Below, piece by piece: positions 1 to 12,000 of a stretch of DNA of 64,000 nt (position 1 is its first letter; each line of letters opens with the position of its first letter). The stretch covers positions 1-64,000 of the forward strand of contig CBDBBG010000038.1 of assembly GCA_965202585.1 (NCBI GenBank), in the 5' to 3' direction. This DNA is from Thalia democratica (lineage: Eukaryota). A model generated the notes under the pieces. That model was given only the letters and a program-made list of their open reading frames with translations, was not told the origin of the DNA and made no database searches. The position numbers and the translations under genes are program-made.

Positions 1-319
1 TGACCTATCAATTTTACATTGTTGTACGTTTCTTCATTAGCAAACCAAAATGTATTTTTAAAAGTGAATAGTTGTTATGTTTCGCGATAAAAATCCACGA
101 ATTTCAAAAATGAATTTTGTTATGTTATTTAAATAAGTTTATAATTTAGCTTTGGTTGCAGTGCAGTTTGTACTTTGTTTTATTTTAAATAAGATTTTTT
201 TTTTGACATTAAACAAACAATATTTAATTCTAGTAAGTACGTCTCTTTTTTAAACAGTGCTCTAAGTAGACTAATTGATTCATTATAATAATATTCAATA
301 TAATTCATTATGATAATAA

Positions 320-438
320 GTTTTTATACTATTTAACACATTATCTTACCTTAACCTTAACTTTAAATTAAAAATAGACCCAAAAAAGTGTACTTTTAAA
401 AACCAGGAAAAAATTTGCCAACAGTATTTGGTAACCCT
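320..438 (+). mobile_element. 3' fragment of the CAGGGTTGCCA-type MITE (counterpart at ~37625..37742)
   Basis: tactatttaacaca...aaaaatagacccaaaaaagtgtacttttaaaaacc...tttgg(t/c)aaccct resembles the right half and right TIR of the element at 23025..23424. Confidence 0.65.
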
Positions 439-1424
439 ATTTTATGCTATAAACTAGTGTTTTAAATATAAAACTAATATTTTTGATTAAAGGGAAAGAA
501 AATTAAACACATTGAAACTGTAAAGTAAGTTGAACTAAAACTAGATAACACTTAACTAATTTTAAGTTGAATTTCTCGAATATGTGATTGCTTTTGTGTT
601 AACAATATAAGTATATATTTCGAAACGCTACTTTTAATTTTGATGCTTTCAAATTTCTTAGTTTTTACTTATGTAATTAAATAACCAACATATCAAGATA
701 GCAAGTTAATCTCAAAATAAACGTTCTCTAAGGTAAATCTATGGTAAATTTTTACAGCTTCAGCTTAAAAGTTCAACGTTAGTAAAATAGAAATAATAAT
801 TTAATATAAAAGCAAGTACTAACTAAATTTTTGAATAAAAGCAAAACTAAATGAACACTTAATTGAATGATAATTTTAAACCATTTGTATTTTTGCTGTC
901 ATTTTTAAATTTTGTGATGCGCTAAGTTGCAAACTAAGATTTTTAAAGAGTTTCTAACCTATAACCGTTCATAAAATTAGTGTTTGACAAAAGTGTGCAC
1001 ATTGAGCAGTAAACTTTGAGAAACCAACTTTAAACCACTTTATTTCTGTTTAATTTTGTATCAAACCGTTTCTGAAATTATAAAATTACTGAAGTATTTC
1101 TAGAGTATCGAGTTCTTAATTTGTTAAACCTAAATTCTTCGTATGTTTTTTAGCTTTAAAGTTAATATCAAAAGTAAAAGAACAAAAACGTTATGTGTTA
1201 TTATTAAAATTTTATTTATAAATCTTTTGTTATCCGATTTTTATTTATTTTTCAATCCAGTTTTGTACCTCAAGTCGTGCTTGTGGCCTCCTTTTCCTGA
1301 CGCATCTTGTTAGTGTTATTTTACCCATAAAAACAGAACATACTATTAACAGACGAACAATTTTATAATTTTACGAAATAGAAACTAAAACTATTTATTA
1401 TATTTAAAATGTGTAATTTCATAG

Positions 1425-1537
1425 GTGATCATGAAGAATGACCGAGAAGACGAAAAAAGGACCCGAGAACCAGAGGCGAAGTAATTAAGAGATACTGAAA
1501 ATTTGTTCCTACGTCATAGTGTTTCTTACTTTAATAG
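1425..1537 (+). pseudogene. Candidate 113-nt exon of an unidentified gene, carrying a nonsense codon in copy A
   Basis: Bounded by ttcatag| and AG|gtgaat. The copy-B counterpart (38729..38841) is open: VIMKNDREDAKRTREPEAKQLRDTANLFLRHSVSYFNR. Copy A has CAA>TAA at 1482-1484. No homology recognised. Confidence 0.3.
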
Positions 1538-3214
1538 GTGAATATTGTTTGTTTTCATTTATAAATTATAGTTATAGTTGTTAAAATTAGTTGTATTTTA
1601 ATATTTAAGCATACATTTCAATGTAATTCAGTATAATACAAGTCAAAAGGTAAAATACATTTTAAAGTAAAGTTTTTTACCATTATTACGTCATTGAATT
1701 ATTTGGAATGAAGCAGGACCTGACCACAAGGATAGCCTAAACCAGAGGTCGCAGTGAAATTAAAAAAAAAAAACGTTGTCGCGGTCCACACTTAATTAAA
1801 AAATTTAAAAAACAAAAATGGGATAAAATATACTATGATAAAGCACTCGTAAATAGTTTTATTATGAACATTCAAGTTCTTTTATTTAAAGTAGTGCTTA
1901 ATGTTATCCGCCATTGAAACTGTCGCTCTACAAACGAAATTTGATTAAATGTTTAGTTATACATAAAAGTTAAGTGAGCTATCAATTAATTAGCTTCACA
2001 TGGCGTCAGGTACAAATATGTTGATACTCCTTAAACTTAATTCCTTAATACTCAATAAAAATTAAAAACCGCAGTCATATTATTCCTGGGCAAAATTATG
2101 AGTTAACAGTAGCTTTAAAAGGTCCTAACAGTTCAAAAGAAAAACTTATGGAGTATTTGTTACATGTCGTTTTGTTGTAGTAGAAAATTGTAAAAGTTTA
2201 AATTACTGTAAACATACATATACACAACTGAATATTTATTTATATTATTTCGAACATAACCTTTAGAGTTGTACAACTCAGTACTGTTGACTAAAAAATT
2301 TATTTAAGCTTTTTATTTTATAGGTGTTTCGTACTTTTATAAACTAAAAATACATACTCAGCTTGAATATATTTAATTATATCATTAGTTGTTTAAAAAC
2401 ACAGTAGTAATAAAATTAAAGTTTGCTTTACATTGTTAAGCTTATTAACTGTACCACAAATTTCAAGTAATTTATTTTTTGATACGCAAAGTTTATGGTA
2501 ATTTTTAGCTTTGATGATGTTGTTAAAAATATTTTTTTGTTGAGAGTTACTTTTATTATTTACTTTAAACTTAGAGATTAAAACAAATACAATAATCAAA
2601 CTTACTATCGAATTTGTAACAACTCAATGAGTAAAAAATGTATTATGTTTATAAAGTTTTCAAAATAGTATAGTTATTAATAAAACTTTAAGTACTTGCT
2701 ATTCTTTAAAATAAAATATTAAAGTCAAAAACAAAAATAGTGTTGAAGTAAACTTATAAACTGCAGTAATTGTTATAAACGAAATTACAAAATGTTAAAA
2801 GTTAAATGTTATTAAACTTATATTAATACTTGATCTTTGAAAAATAATAGTTTATCTTAACTTAGATTTAAAAGTTGTGCAATATTTATATTCTATACAA
2901 CATTAATTAAACAATTTAAAATTTGAGTTTTTATTCTACACAGTGTTTAATGCGTAATGCAATGATCACGAACTAAAAACTGTTTAAAGTAAGACTGACA
3001 AAGCTATATATACTAAATTATATAAGTCTGTTAAATTGACAAAAATTTCAAAGTCTTAATAACGAATTGAATAACTACTACAGAGCTATCATTCAAGTTA
3101 TTATGAGTGTTAAATTAATTTTTTATACAAAAAACTTATTGGATACAGCTTACAATGAAATGAAAATACAAAATACCAATACGATATAAACACAAGCATA
3201 AATGCAACAAACTT

Positions 3215-4920
3215 AGAAAATGGTAAAATATGCAATTACGGACACGAAAATGTTATGATTTTAGATATTTAGCGAAGTATCTACATTTACCAATTAACTC
3301 AGTTCTGGAGTTGAGAGGAGTTTTTGTCAGCGATCGCTATATCCAATTTTTCAATATTAAACAGAGTGCATATTTTGCTCGGTTTGCGTTGATTAATTTT
3401 ATGCATTATCTTCCATTTAACATTGTTCTTAATCATATCTTCATTGAACTTAGCGGCGTGAAAAAATGAGCTGAATTTTGTGGATTCTTTCAGATTTTAA
3501 TTTCTGCAGCTATGTATATTTTCGTTGTATCTTGTTTTAAAGTTTTTTGCAGTTTCCAAAATAATGCGGTTCTTTGTTATCATATGAGACAGTAGCTTTG
3601 TATATGAAACGTCTGGAAAGGCATTTACCTTCCACTGGGCATGAGATTCTAATTCTACAATTGAAACTTGTTTCATTTTTCTTTTTGTTTTTACTTTCCT
3701 CTATGATTTTAGACTTGATTTGCTGATTTCGGATTCTATGTTGGGCATACATGAATAACCTATTTTGATTGCCTCTCTGTTGAGAATTTTATATATATTT
3801 GTGTTTAGGGAAATGCTTATCTACTAATTTAATTTTTTTTTCCCTATTTTGGTCTTTAATGTTGCTCTAAAAGGAAGGTTGTAGTATAACACTTGTTTTT
3901 TTTCTTTTTCTATCGCCCCTACCATCATTATGATTTGAGTATTCTAAAACTTTATTAAAACCACTGTTTTTTAACGCTTTCTCGTATGATTTCTTGTAAT
4001 TATCAGACATAGTCTTGTTTTTTGATAAATCAAATAGTATATTTTGTTTCATATTAGTTGGCTCTCTTTTGACGCTTGGTTAGATTTTATATTTATGTTT
4101 TTTTTCTTTAGCGTTTGGTTTTCTGTGGGGATGATATATTATTCTGTAGATCAAGTAATACATCCAGGAAGTCTATGTTACTGCTGTCTAATTCAATCTT
4201 ATTTTTTAAGTTTTGTTCAGAGAAAACCGCTCTAATTTCTTTTCTTGTCTTTTCTATGACTCTTTTTGATCGCTTTTTAATTTTAGAAATTCCATCATCG
4301 CGCTACTACTCGAAGTTATCTTTAGATAAAAATTAGTTTAGGTTATTCAATAGGAACAAAACGATTAACTTGCAAACTTCAGCGCCATGGTAGCTTCCCA
4401 TCGGAACGTCAAATAGGTCTTCTTTTGCATTCTTTTTGATCCAAACTTCGTTGACATGCCTGAGAACTGTCTTGCACAAGTGTAGTATAGTACAGTGCTT
4501 CTGAAATGGGGTTCCGCGGAACCCTAGGGTTCCGTGACGCTTCTCAGGGGTTCCGCGAAGCCTTTCGAAATTTAAAAAAGAACATTAATTTAATTAAACA
4601 TTTTATGTAAAATTAAAATTAGGGGTTCCGCGGAAAAGTTGAACTTTGGAAAAGGGTTCCGCCACTAGAAAAAGGTTCAGAAGCACTGGTATAGTATATA
4701 TGTCTGAGTATGTTATTTTCATTTATTTTTTTGCAAGTTCGATCGATTTTTTTAGTAACAGATTATTCGAGATACTTGGGTAGGATTCTTCTATATTAAA
4801 TTTTATAAACGTGTAACTACTCTTGTTGTTGATTTTATTAAACCATTTTATAACATTATCAATTTTTATCAATTGCTGTAACTTAGTTTTTTTCTTTAAC
4901 TTTAATCTAAATTCTTAACA
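3215..4920 (-). mobile_element. Degenerate, 5'-truncated Penelope-like retroelement (RT + GIY-YIG endonuclease), copy A
   Basis: Minus-strand fragments: FIKFNIEESYPSIS, DLFDVPMGSYHGAEVC and RDDG (RT); YEKALKNSGF (linker); CPVEGKCL..IYKATV..YFG (GIY-YIG). Many stops and frameshifts; interrupted by a MITE at 4493..4688. Ends approximate. Confidence 0.88.
4493..4688. mobile_element. 196-bp hAT-type MITE inserted in the Penelope-like RT
   Basis: Perfect 13-bp TIR CAGTGCTTCTGAA/TTCAGAAGCACTG and perfect 8-bp TSD GTATAGTA (4485-4492, 4689-4696). Empty site in copy B near 42620. Internal GGGTTCCGC repeats. Confidence 0.95.
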
Positions 4921-5171
4921 ATAATTTTATATTATAAACAATCAAATAGTAAGTTAAACGCTTGTGCAGCAGCAAACAATTAATGTATATGTTATAATAC
5001 ACAACATAAAGGTAATTTTAAAGTAAATAAGATAACTGGTCACTCTTCTTAACATTCTTAAAACTATTGAAAAAATCAAAGACTTATATTATATACTATA
5101 ACTTTTACTAACAACTTAAAAAGGACTTGGTAATTTGAAACCCTAGGTGATTTAAAATTTTTACATTTATT

Positions 5172-5850
5172 TTTGTGCAAAAAAAAAACGATGCTCACCT
5201 TTTATAACTTAAGACGAACTTTCTATAAAAAATAAATAGTCATTCTTATGGAAAAAATTAGAAAATTTTGACTCTCTTGAGGTAGCTTACTTAGTAATTT
5301 TTGATAAAAAAAAAGACCTTTCGTCTTTCGACGAAAAGCCTTTAGAAAAAAAAAAGGGAGAAAATGAAAAAAAAAATGGCGCAAAAAAGCCCCCGACGAG
5401 CCGCGGCCGCGGCTCGTCGGGGGCTTTTTTGCGCCATTTTTTTTTTCATTTTCTCCCTTTTTCTCTACCAACCGTTCCTTTAACCTCACATTTTTTTCTC
5501 AATCCCCAATTTTTGAAAAAGCAATCCTCCCCCGCTTACTTATAATTGTTTTTTCGAAGCTCCTGCTTCACTTTCAAAATATTTCGCTTCTACTCACCTC
5601 TAACTTTTATAGCGACTATGAGAATAAGCCGCTTTTTCACATGTACTATTTTGAGTGCTTCGCCTTCGCATTTTCTAATATTTCGCCTACTCCGCTTCAG
5701 TCGCCCCGGCCGTAGCTTCACCTCTAGAAATGCTTTAGTTAGTATCACTCAAACGTACTTTTAACTGGGCTGAATCATGTCAGAGCTCGTTCATATACTG
5801 CTACGCCTTCTGAGAGAGCGGCTTCTTTGCTCAACGGCTTTTAAATTAAG
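5172..5850 (-). mobile_element. Truncated copy of an unclassified hairpin/palindrome element (partner of 44487..45643)
   Basis: Shares ordered blocks with 44487..45200: atgctcacctt, gactctcttg, gtctttcgac, the long palindrome, gcttcagtcgccccggcc, acctctagaaatgcttta and tgggctgaatcat.tcagagctcgtt. Spacers are divergent. The minus-strand 5' half is missing. Confidence 0.7.
5351..5462. repeat. 112-bp perfect loop-less palindrome (56-bp arms)
   Basis: Arms checked base by base: aaaaagggagaaaatgaaaaaaaaaatggcgcaaaaaagcccccgacgagccgcgg followed by its exact reverse complement. Centre 5406/5407. Confidence 0.98.
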
Positions 5851-6066
5851 ATTATGTATATTAACCTAATTAAAAACTACATTTATTTTAACAAAACACT
5901 AATGCGCATCTATTTTTGAATTTTGTTTTTTTAAATTTTTCTATACTTGTTTTTCAGCTAAACGAGGTTGTATAAACAAAGTAAAACAAAAAAATTGTGT
6001 AATTTCTTATGTAACCAACAAAGTTGTACAAACAGACAAGTAACAAACAACCTTTTTACGTTTCAG

Positions 6067-9000
6067 TCTGCCAAGGTGTACCGTCGTTCGACGGAGCAAC
6101 GACCCACATCGTCCACCAGCGGCAGCCCCAACTGTCCAGTTTCGTCTACGGCGACGTGCTGACGTTTTCCTGCGACGGCCACAAACGGTTTCTTCCTTCC
6201 AACCCGTCGCTGACTTGCCAGGAAAACGGAAGGTGGGGACCCGACACGCTGATTGGCTGCGTTGAAGGTAAGAAAAAATCCCCAAAAGTATGAGTACAAT
6301 CTAATTTGACTTTTTTTTTTACAGATGACGTGTGCCCGTCTCCACCGCAAATCGCCTTTTCCTCGCACCACGACTACTACAGGCCTCCTACTCCGGCAAA
6401 CTCTACCGACTCGATGTGGCTTCCGGAAACGATCCTGCATTACGAATGCAACGATCAGTACCCGATAACCGTTCCCGACGACTTCTTCGGGGCGAAATGC
6501 ACCAGCAGCGGCGCGTGGGTGGGCGTGTATGGAAAATACCATCCTTCGCATGAAAAACCTCACGATATTAAAATGGACGACAAGAAGTTCAAGGAAAAGT
6601 TTGGAAAATGCGTCACTGGTATTTTTAATTTGTAATGTTTAGTCAACCTTTTTGTGTTTATAATTCACTTGAAGTAAGCTAGTAGCAGTTTATAGTTTTT
6701 TAGTTAGAAATTACGTTCGAAAAGGTACATGATGTCAATTTCAAGTTATTTTGATTTAAAAACTAAACTGCTACCACCAGTATCTTTGAAATATGTTGTT
6801 CCTAGGTTAACAATTACCACTTCTAATTAAGTTTTTAGCAAGCCTTTATGTTTCCAATTTTAGTTTGTTAAAACTTTTTTTTTACAATTGTCTATATTGA
6901 CCCATGTACGACTCTGTTCTCGGCATGCTTTTTAGAAATTGCGTGGGATTTTTAAAAGGTTTATAAAATAAATTTATTTTAAAAATGCAAAATTTATTTC
7001 AGAGTGTGAGTTTCCCGATCCACATAACTCAATAAAAACTGTGCTAAAATATCTTGAAGTCAATGCGTCATACTCCATACCTTCAGTCGTCAGGTACACC
7101 TGTAACGAGGGTTACCATTGGACGCGGGTGGCAGTTGTGAGCTGTCGCCACCAAGATATTCAAGATAAAGGTCCTTTCGGAAGATTAAACACGCTGCTTG
7201 GATTCTGTGCACCCGGTTAGCTTCTTTTAGTTTCAAAGATAAATTTTTGTAAACAAATTACAAAACAACTGAATGTTTTAAATTAACAACCGTAAGTATT
7301 TATCTTTTCTGTTTTTTAATATGTCGAATAATTTAGTTTTGTTAAAGCCTTTCAGCGCAAAGTATTGCTACTGAAGTTTGTACATAAGTTTAAGGTAAAA
7401 TAAAAAATTACTAATAACTTTTAGCTTGCCCGCCACTCCCATTTTTAATACGAAACGGGGTTAAGCGAGTTATTAGGCAACCGAATCGAAGGAGCTTGGT
7501 TTCCTTCTCGACAACCATACACTACTTTTGCAACCAAGGATTCACTCCGACTTTTGTAAACAGCCGATACAGTTGCAACTACGCTGGGAGCTGGCAAAAT
7601 TCAGAGCTGAACCCTAGGTGTTTGAGGCGTAAGTTGTAACAATATTGATAAGTGTTTGTTTATCAGTCCACCTACTATTTGACTTTAAGGCTGCCCTAAC
7701 CTGCAAAACGATCCGTACGGAAGTCTTGAAGCATCTGTACAAGCTCGGACTAATTTCTATCTGGCCGGTGACCGAGTTGAACTAAGCTGTGATGATGACT
7801 ACGTGTTGAGCTCAGACTTAACAGCTTCAAGTACAACTTTGTCCTGCCTGTCAAACGGAAGGTGGAATTACGAAAAAATACCGGTTTGTATTAAAAGTGA
7901 GTTACGCTAATCAAAAGCTTTTATTCTTATTCTGTTGAACTTTCATTTATGTAAGAAAAAAATTTAAGACGTTCTTTTATTTTGACACCTACACTTGTTT
8001 CAGAAGTTTTTAAGCACTAAAATTAGTGACCTAACAAGTTTAGTTGATTCGTTTTTTCATTAGTTTAAATGCATTTAAACTAATTTTATCTAAAATATAC
8101 TTCTTTTTTATTCAATTTGTTTATTTTAAGGATGTGACGACCCTCCTCGAGGCGACTTTCTAAATTCCACGATAAAGTTCAGTCACGCGCAAGGAGAATA
8201 CTGGTCGTACACCGTAGTGGAGTACGTATGCAAGGAAAAACACACTTTTAAATATCCCGATGAGGACGGGACTCGCACTTGTGAAGGAGACGCAAACTGG
8301 AGCGATGACTCCCCTCCTGAGTGTGCTCCCGGTTAATAAATGATAAAAATATTATCACTATCCCAACAAATACTTTTAGTTATATTTAAATCTGTGTGTA
8401 AGGAATAACAAATAAACTACACTTAACAGAATGTGAAACTCCTCCAGCCGTTGAAGGCTCAACAATTAATATTTTAAACGACTCATTTATTGAATACGAA
8501 TGTTTAGACGGTTATCACATTGACAACGAGTCGAACAGCGTTTTCGAGTGCAGGCTCGGTCCTGTTTGGTTTCCCTTGGAAACTCCTGTCTGTCTAAAAG
8601 GTAAATAAATACCAGTTTTCACTACAAACTGTTTGTTAGACAAATTTCAAGCGTATAAAAAGATCCTCTCAGGCTCAAATCAATTTCCTACTCTAAAATT
8701 TTTTAACGGACTGTTTTTAAGTGTCTTGAAATGTTATCAAATTTATTACGAGTTTATCTTTTCTAGAATGCAACAGCATACCCGTGTACGATAAAACGTT
8801 GCCCGCTGTTGTTACAAAGAATGTTTCAAGGGAGGGCAAGCTTATAACCGGATCATCGTTGAATTTCAGCTGTCAACCAAACTACGGCCTGATCAACTCG
8901 ATATCGAGTTGTGGCCTCGACGGCAGATGGACGCCCGAGATCACGTGTGTTCGAGGTATGTATATTTGCACGTGAAAAAATAAATTAAAAACAACTCATT

Positions 9001-12000
9001 TTTTTGTTTTTAAAGATTGCGGGAATCCAGACGAGATCGACAACGGATCTTTCCTGGTCAACGAAGAGTCGGATGAGTATCCTGAAGGTGAAGAGGAACT
9101 GTACAGCAGCAAGTATCCGCACCAGGTGACTTATTCTTGCAACCCGTTTCACTCGACGGTTCCCGGAAGCGAGATGGTGTTGAAATGCTCGAATACCAGC
9201 TTCACGTTTGAACCTGAGTTGCCGGTCTGCTTGCCAGGTGACCAAGTCGTATACAAATGTTTAAGCTCATGATTTGTACTAAATTTTATTAAAAGTTTTA
9301 ATCGGTTTTTTAAAGTTTTAATGTTTCAATTTATTTTAAAACCACAGAGTGTTCAACCCCGCCAACCAACAATTATTCCACGTTTGATTTTTTCATGAGC
9401 ACTCACCGTGTCTACCTACCGCCGAACAGAATAAAGTACACTTGCGAAGCCGGCTACAGAACTTTGCCTTCAGGTCTCAGCGTGCTGCAGTGCGGTGATG
9501 ACGGGGAATGGACATTTGATGATTTCAAAAGCTGCTACACTGGTTAGATTGTTGACTAGGTTTATTTTGATGGCTTAAAAGTTAAAGTAAAACGGTCAGT
9601 TAAAAATATTGCTTAAGTAGTTATAGTATATTTTTATTCTACTAAAAGGTGATTACAAAACTTAATATTATACTGCTTTAGTAATAATAAAAACATTTTT
9701 AAACAACGTTTTTGTAATTGGAACTATAAAAGATTACTTTAATTACATTGCGTTTTAAAAAAGTATATTTCTAAAAGCTTTAATACGTCATTCACAATAC
9801 TTTGAGCAGAGTGTAAACTTTTTTCATAAGTTTTTATATTTAAATAATACTAAACAAATTTAAAACAGTTAAGCAAAAATTACGGAAAAATATACAAATA
9901 CTAATTAAAGTACATTAGTATAACTTTTTCCACAACTTTAATAGAAACAGAATGCAATTCTGCGCCCCCACAATTAGACAATGCAACTCAGCATTTCAAA
10001 TGGCAGTATGAAGGGGTGCATCTTCCAGGCACGCAAGTCAATTATGTTTGCCAGAACGGCTTCATGATGGCCCCGCAGTTTTTCCAGGGATTTGAATGCA
10101 GCGAAAATTCGTTAGAATACGACATTCCTCTCACAACCAGAGAGTCGTTTACTTCTGGTGCTTGCTATCCGGGTTAGGTTTCAGAATATATATATATTAA
10201 TTAAAACTTCTTTTTTGCTTTTTTATTTTGTTTTTAAGTTTTTTCCCATTTTGAATTAACAAAATTAACTGGAAATCTTCAGACTGTGGCGACTGGCCAG
10301 ACATCCCGAATGGCAAACGGTTCACTGCGGATTCACAGTTTCTATCGGACTTGGTAGGAGAAAGACACGTTTTGATAATTTCATCCAACTATTTGTGCAA
10401 CACAGGATATCTTTACACGAGCGCAAATAGCCTTGTAACATGCACTGATTCCTCAAAACCACTAGATGTTAAAAGTTGCTCTAGAGGTAATATTTTGTTT
10501 ATAACTATTTATGAACAAAAACATAAACGTAACTAAAATTAAAAAAATAATATTTAAAAATCTAAACAAAGTTGAAAAGTGTATGTATTCCAGAATGTAA
10601 AAGTTTGCCAATTACAAGTATGGACTTTGCAACCGTCGAATATTACAAAAGGCCAAGGACAGATATTAATGTGGGAGGAACAGAATTCAGATTTGTTTGC
10701 GACCAAGGGTACTTCCTCGTGGACCGTCCTGGCTCGTTGCGTGTGAGCTGTGAAAAGCTACGCGACGGTTTTCAAGAAGATCTAGGAATATGCGGAGTCA
10801 TTGGTTTCAGGTGTGATCTTAATGGTATCTGGCACTCTTTGGAAAGATCGCGCTGCATTACAAGTAAATTTAACGTACCACTTTGAATTAAACACTAGTA
10901 TTTTTTGCATCAAACTAATTGGCGTGTTTAGTAGTTGAGTGAAACGTGTTTAATGAATTTAATTTAGGTTGTCTGACACCACCAAGCGACGATTTGGCAA
11001 CTTGGAAAATTACCAGCACATATTGGGAAGGAAGACTGTTCACCGACACGGTTGTAGAGTACACTTGTCCTGAAACCCACACGCTGACCAACTTCACTGA
11101 TTCAACTCGTATATGTGGAAGAGACGGAAGTTGGAGCGATCCTGTTGCACCCAGCTGTATCCCTAGTAATATTCGTTATTATTTTTAGTGAACTCTAGTT
11201 TCCAGAGCTTTAGCTTATAGTTTTACCTCATTAAATAATTTTAAAGTAACGTGTTACAATACACATAAAACTATTTTTCTTAGCTGTTAAATCTCACGTA
11301 CGATGAAAATAAAAGTTTATGAACACTTTGGACACGCTACCAAAGTAAATTCTAAGGAGTGATATAGCTAACGTGTACTAAGTAATGATAATTATTGAGT
11401 ATTTAATTTTCAGTTTTAAACCTTTATACTATCAATACTTCTTATGACAATCACTTCTGCATTAAAACATACATATGGGAAATCAACTACTTTTTTTTGT
11501 AAAACTTACTAATTTACGCAGCTTAATGAGTTTAAGGACGTCTGCTTAAGTTTTGTGTTCAATTTAGCTAACTTTAAGTCTTTTGCATAAAAATTTGGCT
11601 TTTAGATGGAAGACAATATATCAAAAAAACTTAATTACTGTTTACAAAAAGTTTGCCTTCTTTGGCAACAAATATAACTGTACCAAATATTGATTAGTTA
11701 TAAAAGTTTTGAAAATTTCAACAAATTTCAGTTTGCGAACTGTTGCCAACTTCCATCGAGAACGGTCAATTCCACCAGTTGACCGATCAGCATGCCAGCA
11801 TGAAAGATGTAGAAGGAACAAGGAAGAGTTACGTTTGCGACGAAGGCTACCACCTGCTCATATCCTCTTACTTTCCAGCTTCTTTTACATTCCACTGCAA
11901 CCAACAAGTACCTCCGAATGCTGTGCAGTGGAATGAAGTCAGTTCTGGGAGCCAAGTGGCAAAACCGTTGTGCATTAAAAGTTGGTGTTTTTTTATTAAA

